This document shows, piece by piece, positions 21,034 to 31,252 of a stretch of DNA of 64,000 nt. The DNA lies in the NCBI GenBank assembly GCA_963799775.1, contig CAWCYD010000003.1, positions 1,024,001 through 1,088,000 on the forward strand. The letters are read 5' to 3'. Each line of letters opens with the position of its first letter. Position 1 is the first letter of the stretch. The notes beneath the pieces are model-generated. The model was given only the letters and a program-made list of their open reading frames with translations. It was not told the origin of the DNA and made no database searches. Source of the DNA: an uncultured archaeon. Its GTDB lineage: Archaea; Thermoproteota; Nitrososphaeria; Nitrososphaerales; Gagatemarchaeaceae. Both the position numbers and the translations under genes were made by a program.

Positions 21034-21495
21034 CTATGCCTCCCTCGCCACGAACTCGACGTGCACAAGCACGTGGAAGTTCGGGCTGCTTCGACCGTGC
21101 GCCCTAGGAACGTAGTCCTTTATCGTCCGGCCCGCTTTCGCCGAGGCGTGGACCAGTCGCACTCTCTCTGGGTCGAGGCCCTTGAACTCACAGTTGCCCC
21201 TGAGGTTCTGGAGGACTTCAAGAATTCTTCCAGCCGCCTTCACCGGGTACGAACCCGATGGGAAGCCAACTAGCTCGCTCCTGTGTCCAACCTTCAGTTT
21301 GTGCCGCCTGAACGCGATAGGTGCCTTTTGCGCCTGCACGGTCTCTGCTAGCTCGATTGCCTTCGACAAGGTCATCCCTTTCAGAGTGTTGCATATCTCG
21401 CGCGCCGCCTTTGGCGAGATGTTCAGCTCTCTCCCGCTAGCCCTGACGTGAATCGCTGGGTCGTAACCCTGCATCGTGTATCCATATGTAGGCAT
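21034..21495 (-). CDS. rpl22: Ribosomal protein uL22
   Basis: ISPKAAREIC, YPVKAA, PRAHGR. Confidence 0.95.
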   Translation of the reverse strand: MPTYGYTMQGYDPAIHVRASGRELNISPKAAREICNTLKGMTLSKAIELAETVQAQKAPIAFRRHKLKVGHRSELVGFPSGSYPVKAAGRILEVLQNLRGNCEFKGLDPERVRLVHASAKAGRTIKDYVPRAHGRSSPNFHVLVHVEFVAREA

Positions 21496-21532
21496 AGCGA
21501 GTTCGGTTCCTTCCGACCGGCCGGCGGAGTGG

Positions 21533-21540
21533 ATATAAAG
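21533..21540 (-). promoter_or_regulatory. Putative TATA box of the ribosomal operon
   Basis: CTTTATAT on the minus strand, about 38 nt upstream of the rpl22 ATG. Confidence 0.55.
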
Positions 21541-21666
21541 CTAACTCAATGAGAGGGTGTCAGTAACCATTTTCTTAGCGGATGCCATGAAAGTTTCGCG
21601 GCCGTTTTTTCGAGACGCCAAGGTTAAACGCAGTCCGGACTTCTTGCGTGCGGAAGGGTTGAGCCT

Positions 21667-23382
21667 CTGGATCGTACGACTCACGACGTGATCATCGTCG
21701 GCTCGGGGATCGCCGGCCTGCGCGCCGCGATCGAGGCGGCGAGGGTGAGCGGGGGCAACATCGACGTCGCGGTCGTCACGAAGCTCCAAGCGATGAGGTC
21801 TCACTCGGTGAGCGCAGAAGGAGGGACCGCCGCCGTGCTCTACCCCGAGCTAGGAGACTCGCTCGAGTCCCACGTCTTCGACACGGTGAAGGGGTCTGAC
21901 TATCTTGGCGACCAGGACGCGATCGAGAGGTTCGTGAGAGCGATGCCCGCCGAGATCTATCAGCTGGACCACTGGGGGATGCCCTGGTCAAGGCGCGAGG
22001 ACGGGAGGATCGCGCAGCGCTGGTTCGGGGGCTACAGCTACCCAAGGGCGACCTTCGCCGAGGACAAGGTCGGGTTCCATGAGATGCAGACCCTCTACGA
22101 CACGTGCACGAGGCACGAGTGCATCACCTTCTACCAAGAGTGCTTCGCCACGTCGCTGGTTGTGGAGCAGGGGGAGTTCAGGGGCATCACCGCGATCGAG
22201 TTGAAGACGGGAGAGCTAATCGCCCTCTCCGCGAAGGCAGGGATTATCGCCACGGGAGGCGCCGGGAGGCTCTACAGCTTCGCCACGTACGGGCACGGGT
22301 CGACGCCGGACGGGATCGTGATGGGCTATCGCGCTGGCATCCCCCTCAAGGACATGGAGTTCGTCCAGTTCCACCCCTCGGGACTGATCCCATCGGGGAT
22401 ACTCATCACGGAAGGGGCGCGGGCGGATGGGGGCGTTCTCCTCAACAAGGAAGGGAAGAGGTTCATGGGAAGGTACGCGCCTGAGAAGCTCGAGCTGGCA
22501 TCCCGGGACGTCGTCTCCCGCGCGATCATGACCGAGATAGAGGAGGGGAGGGGGTTCAGGGACGAAAACAGCGGATACGAGTACGTCGAGCTGGACCTCA
22601 CGAAGATAGGTGCGGAGAAGGTGAAGGCCCGTCTCGCGGGGATAAGGGAGATCTCAATGAAGTTCAGAGGGATCGACCCGATCGAGGAGCCTCTCCCCGT
22701 GCGCCCGGTGTGCCACTACATGATGGGCGGGCTCGACGTGGACATCGACGGGGCGACACGGATCAAGGGTCTCTGGGCTGCGGGCGAGGCCGCGTGCGTC
22801 AGCATCAACGGCGCGAACAGGCTGGGCGCGAACTCGACAGCCGAGTGCTTGGTCTGGGGGACGATAACGGGCGCCCAGGCCGCCAGATACGCTGGGGACA
22901 AGCCTGAGCAGGGTCTCCCCAAGGAGAGAGTCGCTCAAGAGGAGAAGCGGATCTTCGACGGGATACTCCACGGTCGGGGAGGGACGAACCCCTACGACGT
23001 CATGGATTCGATCCAGAAGACCATGGACAAGGGAGCGTTCGTCTACAGGACGGGAGAAGGGATGGCGGAGTCGATCCAGGAGGTCAGGAGGCTGAGGGAG
23101 GAGGACTTCCTACATTGCGACGACCAGAGCAGGCGCTACAATACGAACCTCACGAACGTGCTCGAGGTCGAGGCCATGCTCCTAGCAGCCGAGGCAGTGC
23201 TCGCCTGCGCGTATGCGAGGCGCGAGAGCCGGGGCGCGCACGCGAGGAGGGACTATCCAAAGAGAGACGACGTGAGCTGGCTGAAGCACAGCCTTGCCAC
23301 GTTCAGGCCGGAGGGAGGGCTGGAGCTGGGCTACAGCCCGGTCAAGATAACGGGATACCAGCCAGCGGAGAGACACTACTAA
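21667..23382 (+). CDS. sdhA: Succinate dehydrogenase/fumarate reductase flavoprotein (start CTG 21667 or GTG 21688)
   Basis: GSGIAG, RSHSVSAEGG (covalent FAD His), QFHP, ELASRD, HYMMGG, GANRLGANS. Confidence 0.95.
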   Translation: MDRTTHDVIIVGSGIAGLRAAIEAARVSGGNIDVAVVTKLQAMRSHSVSAEGGTAAVLYPELGDSLESHVFDTVKGSDYLGDQDAIERFVRAMPAEIYQLDHWGMPWSRREDGRIAQRWFGGYSYPRATFAEDKVGFHEMQTLYDTCTRHECITFYQECFATSLVVEQGEFRGITAIELKTGELIALSAKAGIIATGGAGRLYSFATYGHGSTPDGIVMGYRAGIPLKDMEFVQFHPSGLIPSGILITEGARADGGVLLNKEGKRFMGRYAPEKLELASRDVVSRAIMTEIEEGRGFRDENSGYEYVELDLTKIGAEKVKARLAGIREISMKFRGIDPIEEPLPVRPVCHYMMGGLDVDIDGATRIKGLWAAGEAACVSINGANRLGANSTAECLVWGTITGAQAARYAGDKPEQGLPKERVAQEEKRIFDGILHGRGGTNPYDVMDSIQKTMDKGAFVYRTGEGMAESIQEVRRLREEDFLHCDDQSRRYNTNLTNVLEVEAMLLAAEAVLACAYARRESRGAHARRDYPKRDDVSWLKHSLATFRPEGGLELGYSPVKITGYQPAERHY

Positions 23383-23414
23383 AGTAGAAAAACCGCGAGT
23401 GAAATGAGAGGCTC

Positions 23415-23906
23415 GTGAGCGGCGAGCTGGAGGAGGCGAAGAAGGCCGACCCCGGGGCGAAGGCGGCTGCCAACAAGAGGGGCGTGCTCGGATGGCTCGA
23501 CCCTCGCCACCTGAACATGGAGAGGTGGGCCTACGTCTTCCAGAGGGTGACCGGCCTTGCCGTGCTCGCCTATGTCGTCGCCCACATCGGGGACACGAGC
23601 TTCTTCGTGGGAGGGCCTTTCGGTGAGGGCCCGAGCGCCGCGTCGTGGTCGTCAGACCTCAGCGTGACGGAGAACGTCTTCGGCCACGTGGTCCTGGTGA
23701 TGGTCGTGCTCGTGGTGGTCTACCACGGGATAAACGGGATGAGGCTGGTCCTCGCCGAGTACGGGCTCATCTTCGGGAGGCCGACCAGGCCGGACTACCC
23801 GTACAAGGCGAGGTCCCTCCACAATGTCCAGAGGCACCTGATCTGGGTGGCGATAGTCGGCGCGATCCTGGCAGCCCTCTACTCCGGAGGAATCCTGTTT
23901 GGGTGA
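23415..23906 (+). CDS. sdhC: Succinate dehydrogenase cytochrome b subunit
   Basis: QRVTG, AH, YHGINGMR; 3 TM. Confidence 0.85.
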   Translation: MSGELEEAKKADPGAKAAANKRGVLGWLDPRHLNMERWAYVFQRVTGLAVLAYVVAHIGDTSFFVGGPFGEGPSAASWSSDLSVTENVFGHVVLVMVVLVVVYHGINGMRLVLAEYGLIFGRPTRPDYPYKARSLHNVQRHLIWVAIVGAILAALYSGGILFG

Positions 23907-23912
23907 CCCCAG

Positions 23913-24263
23913 ATGAGGGAGTCGAGGATCATGCAGATCCAGTATGTCACCGCGGTCCTCGCACTAGGGCTCGTCACGCTGCACCTGCTCATGCAAGGCG
24001 TGCTCGTCCCATACGGGGAGGCGGTCTCGTTCCAGAGGGTGCTCTCCATCTACAGGAACGCAGTCGACGGCGCGCTGCTCGAGATACTCTTGATTGTCGT
24101 CTTGGCGCACGGCTTCAACGGCCTCAGGGTCATACTGCTGGAGTGGCGCCAGGGAGAGAGCTGGAGCCGTAGCGTGAACTGGGTGCTCCTGGCCGTGACC
24201 CTGTTGACGATCGCCTATGGCACCAGGACCGTAATACTAGCGGCGACCGGCCAGGTGAGCTAG
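23913..24263 (+). CDS. sdhD: Succinate dehydrogenase membrane anchor subunit
   Basis: Q..TA, LH, HGFNGLRVIL; 3 TM. Confidence 0.85.
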   Translation: MRESRIMQIQYVTAVLALGLVTLHLLMQGVLVPYGEAVSFQRVLSIYRNAVDGALLEILLIVVLAHGFNGLRVILLEWRQGESWSRSVNWVLLAVTLLTIAYGTRTVILAATGQVS

Positions 24264-24264
24264 A

Positions 24265-25039
24265 TTGGGCGACATCACACTCAGGATCCAGAGGTTCGAC
24301 CCGTCGGTCGAGAGGGAGCCGCATATGGAGAGCTACTCTGTCCCCTTCACGGACGGGATGACGGTCCTCGACGCTCTCCTCTACGCGAAGAGGAGGCTCG
24401 ACCATGGGATCTCGATCCGCTTCTCGTGCAGGATGGCGTCTTGCGGCTCCTGCGGGATGAAGGTAGACGGCAGGCCGCGCCTCGCATGCGAGACCCAGAT
24501 CTCGGAGCTGGGAGGTTCCTCTGTCAAGGTCCAGCCCATGGACAACTTCCCGATCGTGAGGGACCTGGTGGTCGACCTGGAGGGCTTCTTCGCCAAGCAC
24601 GCCGAGCTCGCCCCTGGGATGACGAGGAAGGGAGACCCAGAGCAAGAGTCCCCGACAGGAGAGTACCTGATGACGCCCGAGGAGCTCGACTCGATCGTCC
24701 AGTTCACCTACTGCATAAAGTGCGGTCTTTGCAGCTCGGCCTGCCCGACGAGCTCTACGGACTCGCTCTTCCCGGGGCCGCAGGCGCTGGCGCAGGCCTA
24801 CAGGTACCTCAGCGACCCGAGGGACGAGGCAGGCGCAGAGAGGGTGGAGAAGGTCGACGCGGAGCACGGCGTCTGGAGGTGCCACTTTGCCGGGACGTGC
24901 TCCGCGGTCTGTCCGAAGGGGGTAGACCCGGCGCTGGGAATACAGCTGCTGAAGCGACACGTGATGGCCGGAAGGTCAGCCAAGAAGAGGGCGGTTCTGT
25001 TCCCGAACCCGAACAAGGGACCTCGTCGGAAGGCGGTAG
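24265..25039 (+). CDS. sdhB: Succinate dehydrogenase Fe-S subunit; true stop probably TAG at 25037-25039 after a frameshift
   Basis: CRMASCGSC..LAC, CIKCGLCSSACP, CHFAGTCSAVCP. Confidence 0.92.
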
Positions 25040-25047
25040 GGCAGGGC

Positions 25048-25455
25048 TCACTCTGTCGGCTCTGTGTAGTGGTCGCCCATGTACCCGTACACCCCCGTCT
25101 TGAGCACCTTGACGGAGAGCATTGCGCACTTTATCCTCGCGGGACCGAGGTCAGAGGTGCCCAGCATCTCTTGGATGTCGTTCCTCGAGAGGCCTCTCAC
25201 CCACTCCAGTTCCTTCCCCTTCGCCATCTCTGTCAGCATCGAAGCGGAGGCCTGGCTGATCGCGCATCCCTTGCCCACGAACTTTACCTCCTCTATGGTT
25301 TTCTTGTCCCCCGAGAGCCGGACCTGCATCTCGACCTCGTCTCCGCACAGGGGGTTCGTGTCCCTGGCGTCGATGTCGTGGGGGTCGAGCTTGCCAAAGT
25401 TCCTGGGGTTGCGATAGTAGTCTAGGATCAGCTCCCGGTAAAAGTCGCTGCTCAA
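25048..25455 (-). CDS. sufU: SufU/IscU-type Fe-S protein
   Basis: NPLCGD, GCAISQAS, RIKCA. Confidence 0.9.
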   Translation of the reverse strand: MSSDFYRELILDYYRNPRNFGKLDPHDIDARDTNPLCGDEVEMQVRLSGDKKTIEEVKFVGKGCAISQASASMLTEMAKGKELEWVRGLSRNDIQEMLGTSDLGPARIKCAMLSVKVLKTGVYGYMGDHYTEPTE

Positions 25456-26696
25456 ACGCAGAACACGCTCTTTGCCTTTAGGAGGGCTCCTATGAACGCA
25501 TCGATGTCCGCGATGGAGTTGTAGACGTAGAAGCTCGCGCGGCTCGTCCCCGGGACGTCGAGGAGCTCCATGAGGGGCTGGGCGCAGTGATGTCCCGACC
25601 TTATCGCCACGCCTTCCTCGTCGAGGATCGAAGCCATGTCGTGCGGATGGATGTCGGCCAGGTTGAACGAGATCACTCCCCCGCGCGCCTCAGGGTCCAT
25701 CGGGCCGTAGATCTTGAGGTTGAGGATGTGCGACATCTTCTCGAACGCGTATCTCAAGAGCTCTACCTCGTGCCTCCTGACCTTGTCCATCCCGAGAGAG
25801 GTGAGGTAGTCGATCGCGACCCCCAGCCCGATCGCGTCGGCGATGTTCGTGGTCCCGGCCTCGAACTTGTATGGCACGTCGTTCCACCTCGCGCCGTCGA
25901 GGTGCACTTCTTTGATCATGTCGCCGCCGGACTGGAAAGGCTCCATCGAGTCGAGGAGCGCCTTCCTTCCGTAGAGAGCGCCTATCCCCGTCGGGCCTAG
26001 CATCTTGTGCCCGGAGAACGCGAAGAAGTCGCACCCGAGGCTCTGGACGTCCACCGGCATGTGGGGGATGGACTGGGCCGCGTCGACGAGGGTCGTCGCG
26101 CCCGCGCCCTTGGCCATCGCGCACATCTTCGCCACGTCGTTTATGGTGCCCAGGACGTTGGAGCACTGGGTGAAGGCTACCATCTTTGGCGAGTCCCCCA
26201 GCATCCTCTCGAACTCACCCATCTCGATCCTCCCGTCGCGCGTGAGCGGGGCATACGCGATCCGCGCGCCCTTCTCCTTGGCGAGGAGCTGCCACGGGAC
26301 GATGTTGCTGTGGTGCTCCATCATTGTGAGCAGTATGACGTCCCCCTGCTTGATGGACTGCGAGCCCCACGCGAACTTTACGAGGTTGATCGATTCCGTC
26401 GTCCCGCGCGTGAAGACGATCTCCTGAGAGGCCGAGGCGTTGATGAACTTCGCCACCTTCTTCCTGGAGTTCTCGTAGGTCTCCGTCGCCTCGATGCTCA
26501 GTTGGTGGACGCCGCGGTGCACGTTCGCGTTGTATCTGGAGTAGTAGTCGACGAGGGCGTCGATGACGACCTTCGGCTTTTGGGTCGTGGCTGCGTTGTC
26601 GAGGTAGACCAGTCGCTTCCCGTTGACCTTCCTGTTCAAGATGGGGAAGTCGTTCCTGACCTTTTCCACATCTACGACCTTCGTGGATTCTAGCAT
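25452..26696 (-). CDS. sufS: Cysteine desulfurase, group II
   Basis: YLDNAATTQKP, EHHSNIVPW, FSGHKM, RSGHHCAQP. Confidence 0.95.
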   Translation of the reverse strand: MLESTKVVDVEKVRNDFPILNRKVNGKRLVYLDNAATTQKPKVVIDALVDYYSRYNANVHRGVHQLSIEATETYENSRKKVAKFINASASQEIVFTRGTTESINLVKFAWGSQSIKQGDVILLTMMEHHSNIVPWQLLAKEKGARIAYAPLTRDGRIEMGEFERMLGDSPKMVAFTQCSNVLGTINDVAKMCAMAKGAGATTLVDAAQSIPHMPVDVQSLGCDFFAFSGHKMLGPTGIGALYGRKALLDSMEPFQSGGDMIKEVHLDGARWNDVPYKFEAGTTNIADAIGLGVAIDYLTSLGMDKVRRHEVELLRYAFEKMSHILNLKIYGPMDPEARGGVISFNLADIHPHDMASILDEEGVAIRSGHHCAQPLMELLDVPGTSRASFYVYNSIADIDAFIGALLKAKSVFCV

Positions 26697-26716
26697 CTCT
26701 ATTCTCACGCGACCAG

Positions 26717-27025
26717 TTAGATCTCTACGAAAATGGCTCCTTCCTCTATTTTAACATTGTAACGGCGCAGAGGCTCAGTCGCAGGCGGGTTGTAGACCTC
26801 GCCGGTCCGGAGGTCGAACTGCGAGAGGTGGAGCTGACAGACCACCCTCTCCTCGACCATGAACCCTTGGGAGAGCAGGGCCTCCTCGTGCGTGCAGACC
26901 CCGTCGACGCAGTAGACCTCTCCGCCCAGGTTGGAGAGGAGCAGCTGCCTTCCCTCGAGCTCGACTCCGGCCATCGTTCCCGGAGGGAGCTTCGAGAGGT
27001 CCATCGCTCTTACGAACCGCGGCAC
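26717..27025 (-). CDS. Rieske [2Fe-2S] ferredoxin
   Basis: CTH and CQLH ligand motifs, FDLRTG. Confidence 0.9.
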   Translation of the reverse strand: MPRFVRAMDLSKLPPGTMAGVELEGRQLLLSNLGGEVYCVDGVCTHEEALLSQGFMVEERVVCQLHLSQFDLRTGEVYNPPATEPLRRYNVKIEEGAIFVEI

Positions 27026-27033
27026 CCTCTGCT

Positions 27034-28454
27034 TCAGCCCCGGTACTTGTAATGCCGCTCGAAGATGTCGCCGCCGGTGTGCCTCTCCTCGTCAGGCACC
27101 TCGCCGGTGAGGGCCATCAGCGTCTCCTTGTCGACCAGTCGCCTGCGCTCGCCGGCCCATTTGCCCTCGATGGTGAACTTCGCCCCTTCGCGCGCGTACT
27201 CTATCGGGATCCTCGAGAGGACCGGCTCGAAGAAGCCTATGACGATGATCTTCTTCGCCTCGTCCTGGGGCAGGCCTCTGGCCATCAGGTAGAAGATCTG
27301 CTCCTCGTCGATCTGCGCGACGGAGGCGGAGTGGGTGGCCTTGACCTCGTTCGTGTCGATGTCCAGACCGGGGATGGCGTCCGACCTAGTCCTCTTGTCG
27401 AGGAGCATCGCGTGATGGGCGAGGTAGGAGTGGGAGTTCTTCGCCCCTTTCTTGATCTTTACCATTCCCTTGAAGATCGACTGGGACTCGCCCTTCAGGG
27501 ACCCCCCTCGCGGTAAACGAGCCCGCCGAGTCGGGGGAGTTGTGGATGAGGTTCGCGTCGAGGTCGTATCGCTGCTTGCCGTCGCAGAAGAAGACCTGGT
27601 AGCCCTCGAACGACGAGCCCCTGCCGTTGAGCCCCAGGCTGAACCTCGACCGGGTGATTTGGCTGCCAAGGAGGATCGTGGCGAGCGAGGCCTTTGCGTT
27701 CGCCGCCACCGAGACGCCCTCGTTCGCGAGGTAGACCGCGTTGTCGTCGAGGAGCTGGAGGGTGCTCACGTCGACCTGGGCGCCGTCTTCGGCGAAGACG
27801 TCAAGCGTAGAGCTGGTAAGATAGGGAGCGGCGCTCTCGCCGCTGTAGAACTCCTGCAGGAAGCTGAAGCCCGAGGACTCCTCGGCGTAGATGACCGTCA
27901 TCTCCACGATGCTCGAAGACGGGGAGCGTGCGACGACCATCCTCCGTAGGGAGGAGGGCGCCTTGACCCCCTTCGGGACCCGGATGAAGATGCCAGAGTT
28001 GAAGAATGCGGAGTTGAACGCGGCATACTTCTCCTTGGCCGGGTCGGCGAGCCGCCGGGCCAGGAGCCCTCGAAGCAGGTCACCGTGCTTCGCCACCGCG
28101 TCGCGGATCCCCAGGCACCTCCACCCCGCTCTTCGCGTATTCCAGGTCGAGGTCTACGTGGACGGTGGTCGAGTTTCCCTGGAGGACTATGTTGGACTCT
28201 CTTCCAGTGAGGAAGCCCTTGAAGTGGTCCCGCATGTCGATCGACTGCTCGGCGGGGCCTACAGGGAACTGCTCCGGGTCGAACGCCGAGACGCCTTGGT
28301 ATTTCGTGTATAGCGGCGAGGTCTCGAGAGGGAGAGAGGAGAAGCTCTTGAGGGCCTCCAGCCTGTACTCCCTGAGCCAGTCCGGTTCTTCTAGGCTCTT
28401 GGATAGAGACTGCACCTGTTCGGCCGTGAAGCGAGAGACGGTTCTCTGGGCCAT
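27034..28454 (-). CDS. sufD: SufD, frameshifts near 28115 and 27505
   Basis: Three joined ORFs; EPDWL..R, GIFIRVPKG, DAIPGLDI, KATHSASV, FYLMARG. Confidence 0.88.
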
Positions 28455-28484
28455 CCCATTGCGCGCTCCTCTTCGAGTGCCTGT

Positions 28485-29891
28485 CTAGCCGACCGCGCCC
28501 GTCATCTCTAGAGCCATGAGCCTGTTGATCTCGATCGCGTAGGTCATTGGCAGCTCCTTGGTGAAGGGCTCGACGAAACCGTTTACGATCATGCTCAGCG
28601 CGTCCCTCTCGCTTATCCCCCTCGCCATGAGGTAGAAGATCTGCTCCTCGCCCACCTTCCCAACGCTCGCCTCGTGGGTGACCGTGGCGTCGTCTGCCAT
28701 CACCTCGACGTATGGGATCGTGGACGTCTTGGACCTCTCGTCCAAGAGGAGCGCGTCGCACCTGACGGTGGCCTTTACGTTGTGAGCGCCCTTTGCGATG
28801 TGGAGGAGCCCCCGGTAGACCGCCTCTCCTCCGTCCTTTGAGACGGACTTTGATATTATCTTCGAGGAGGTGTCGGAGGCGAGGTGGATTATCTTGCCCC
28901 CCGTGTCCTGTATCTGGTTGGCTCCGGCGTAGGCCATCGACATGATCTCCGCCGAGGCGCCCTTGCCGAGAAGGTAGACCGAGGGGTACTTCATGTTCCT
29001 GCCCGAGCCGACCTCCCCGTTGAGCCAGGTCACGCTGGCGTTCTCGTAGGCGTGCGCCCTCTTCGTAACGAGGTTGTAGACGTTCTTGCTCCAGTTCTGT
29101 ATAGTGATGTACCGGATCTTCGCGCCCTTCATAGCGACGAGCTCGACGATGGCGGCGTGTAGCATTGACTTTTGGTACATCGCCGCGGTGCATCCTTCGA
29201 TGTAGTGGACCTCGCTGTTGGGCTCGGCGACGATGAGCGTCCTCTCGAATTGTCCCATGCCCTGCGCGTTTATCCTAAAGTACGACTGGAGGGGCATCGT
29301 AATCTTGACGCCCTCCGGGATGTAGATGAACGGCCCGTCGCTCCAGACTGCGCTGTTTAGCGCGGCGAACTTGTTGTCGTTCGAGGGGATAATCGTCCCC
29401 ATGTACTTCTTGATGAGCTCGGGGTAGTCCCGGACCGCGTTGCCCACGCTCGTGAAGATGACGCCCTGCGCCTGCAGGTCCTTCTGGAGGCTGTTGTAGA
29501 CCTCCTGGCTCTCGTAGATCGCGCCTACTCCGGCGAGGAACTTCCTCTCCGCCTCGGGGATGCCCAGCTTCTCGAAGGTATTACGGATCTCAACGGGGAC
29601 ATCCTCCCACTTCTTCGCGGTCTCCTTCGCGGGGTGCGCGTAGTAGTAAAAGTCCTGGAACTTTATCGGCGAGAGGTCGACCCCCCATGTCGGGACGGGC
29701 CTCTCGTTGAAGTGCTTCAGCGCCTTAAGCCTGAACTCCTCCATCCAGATGGGCTCGTTCCGCAGCCTCGAAATCTCCTTGACAACGTCCTCGTTGATGC
29801 CCTTATGGCTCTGGTCGAGGTAGCCGGTCGAGTCCGCGAAACCGTACTTTGTCTTGTAATCGTCAGTTACGATGTCTGCGGCGGCTGTCAT
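28485..29891 (-). CDS. sufB: SufB
   Basis: GQFERTL, YIEGCTA, QNWS, KYPS, CDALL, HEA. Confidence 0.96.
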   Translation of the reverse strand: MTAAADIVTDDYKTKYGFADSTGYLDQSHKGINEDVVKEISRLRNEPIWMEEFRLKALKHFNERPVPTWGVDLSPIKFQDFYYYAHPAKETAKKWEDVPVEIRNTFEKLGIPEAERKFLAGVGAIYESQEVYNSLQKDLQAQGVIFTSVGNAVRDYPELIKKYMGTIIPSNDNKFAALNSAVWSDGPFIYIPEGVKITMPLQSYFRINAQGMGQFERTLIVAEPNSEVHYIEGCTAAMYQKSMLHAAIVELVAMKGAKIRYITIQNWSKNVYNLVTKRAHAYENASVTWLNGEVGSGRNMKYPSVYLLGKGASAEIMSMAYAGANQIQDTGGKIIHLASDTSSKIISKSVSKDGGEAVYRGLLHIAKGAHNVKATVRCDALLLDERSKTSTIPYVEVMADDATVTHEASVGKVGEEQIFYLMARGISERDALSMIVNGFVEPFTKELPMTYAIEINRLMALEMTGAVG

Positions 29892-29903
29892 GTTAGATGG
29901 ATT

Positions 29904-29927
29904 CTATTACATATGTTATTATAAAAA
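29904..29927 (-). promoter_or_regulatory. sufB TATA box plus imperfect palindrome CTATTAC-N4-GTTATTA
   Basis: TTTTTATAAT on the minus strand; palindrome resembles the one upstream of sufC. Confidence 0.5.
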
Positions 29928-29983
29928 CGATTCGGGGTCATGTTAGGGGCGCTCGAGAGACATCTTCTGGAGCCCAGCCCTGA

Positions 29984-30358
29984 TCAGCTCTCTGGTCGCT
30001 TCAATCTCTTGAGGAACTCGACGAGCTCGATGAAGGTGGGGTTGTTGTCTGCCTTGCGCATCCTCAAAGGAAACGGCTGGCCGCCGATCCTGACCTCGAT
30101 CTCGTCCTTGAACTCCGTCCTGGTGAAGACCACCGCGGCGTAGTGGATCTTCCCGTTCAGGTTCTCTTTCACGATGTCTTCCGTCGGAGCCATGGGATGC
30201 GTGATGAAAGCGATCCCGTCTACCCAGTTGACGCTCGGGACCATGTAGCCTTGGGGGCCGATCGACTGTCGCACCACGTCTTGGAAGAACACGTCCGAAT
30301 CCTGAGGAAGGATCTCGTGGATGGTGAGCTCGTGGTAGGGCACGTAGTTAATCTTCAA
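29984..30358 (-). CDS. Hypothetical protein
   Basis: 124-aa ORF with genome-typical codon use and an AT-rich upstream region. Confidence 0.7.
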   Translation of the reverse strand: MKINYVPYHELTIHEILPQDSDVFFQDVVRQSIGPQGYMVPSVNWVDGIAFITHPMAPTEDIVKENLNGKIHYAAVVFTRTEFKDEIEVRIGGQPFPLRMRKADNNPTFIELVEFLKRLKRPES

Positions 30359-30530
30359 TTCTTGGCGGAAGGCGAAGCTGATATTGAATTAAGGTTATCC
30401 CATCACTCATGAGCGACTTTCACGTCATCGTCGAAGCAGCTTAGCTTCGTCAAGCAAAGTAGTCATAGACCTAGAGTTCGCAACGGTTATATGAGCTGAG
30501 CTAGCTGAACTAGCTGGGGCAGCAGACGAG

Positions 30531-30836
30531 ATGTCTCCAGCTGAGCTCGCCGAGTTCCCGTGCAGGTACTGCGGCAAGACTTTCAGCGATGGTAGACGAC
30601 TGGGGGGCCACGTCCGCCAATCCCATCCTGTTATGAAACCGGGCGCGTCACAGAGCGCCCCCAGGCCGTTCTCAGAAGGCGAGTGCGCTGCAAGGGTGCT
30701 AGAGCTTTGGAGGACGGGAGAAGATCCCTTGACTGTAATCGCGACGCTCAGGGTGCACCCGCGCTTCGTCAAGGATGCTGCCCTCAAGGAATACGACGAG
30801 CTAATCACCGAGTGGAAGAAGTTCAAGGAAGCCTGA
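30531..30836 (+). CDS. C2H2 zinc-finger protein with possible HTH
   Basis: CRYCGKTFSDGRRLGGHVRQSH. Confidence 0.7.
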   Translation: MSPAELAEFPCRYCGKTFSDGRRLGGHVRQSHPVMKPGASQSAPRPFSEGECAARVLELWRTGEDPLTVIATLRVHPRFVKDAALKEYDELITEWKKFKEA

Positions 30837-30920
30837 CGAGAGCAGACGCGCGCCTCTCTCTGACGGACCTCCCTGGTATCCATGAGATGGTTTATCTCCG
30901 GCGATCAGGGGCCCAAACCA

Positions 30921-31160
30921 ATGGCGGGGGCCAAAGGCAACAGCCGCGCGAGAGCCATCTTCCTGATGCTACTCGGACTCATCCTCATCGGCCTCGGTGC
31001 ATCTCTCTACACCGGCTCGCTCGACTTGGGTAGCCTGACGAAGACCGCCAGCGGCTCGCAGCAGACTGGGAGCCCCTGGGCCTACGTTCCCGTGGGGTTC
31101 GGCGCCTTGATAATTGTTGTCGGGGCGGTGCTCGCGGTGCGCGATCGTCGACGCAGTTAG
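30921..31160 (+). CDS. Small 2-TM membrane protein
   Basis: Two hydrophobic segments and a basic C-terminus. Confidence 0.6.
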   Translation: MAGAKGNSRARAIFLMLLGLILIGLGASLYTGSLDLGSLTKTASGSQQTGSPWAYVPVGFGALIIVVGAVLAVRDRRRS

Positions 31161-31206
31161 TCGAAGGCGCCCTCAGCGCTGGATATTATCGGAAAAATTA
31201 CCGGGG

Positions 31207-31235
31207 GAGGGGCGGCGGAACTCGCCGGACCCCTC
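31207..31235. terminator. GC-rich hairpin between convergent genes
   Basis: GAGGGG-CGGCG-loop-CGCCG-GA-CCCCTC. Confidence 0.35.
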
Positions 31236-31252
31236 TTACTTCTGGTGGTTCG

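Noticed and set aside
24265-25425. SdhB with a long extension antisense to sufU
   Set aside because: Read-through from a probable indel; a TAG at 25037-25039 fits the normal length.
8942-28454. Pseudogenes or programmed frameshifting in core genes
   Set aside because: Essential genes are affected with no common slippery motif; sequencing error is simpler.
25048-29891. SufSU plus Rieske ferredoxin in an archaeon as a novelty
   Set aside because: Similar suf arrangements are already known; only the split and shared palindrome were kept.
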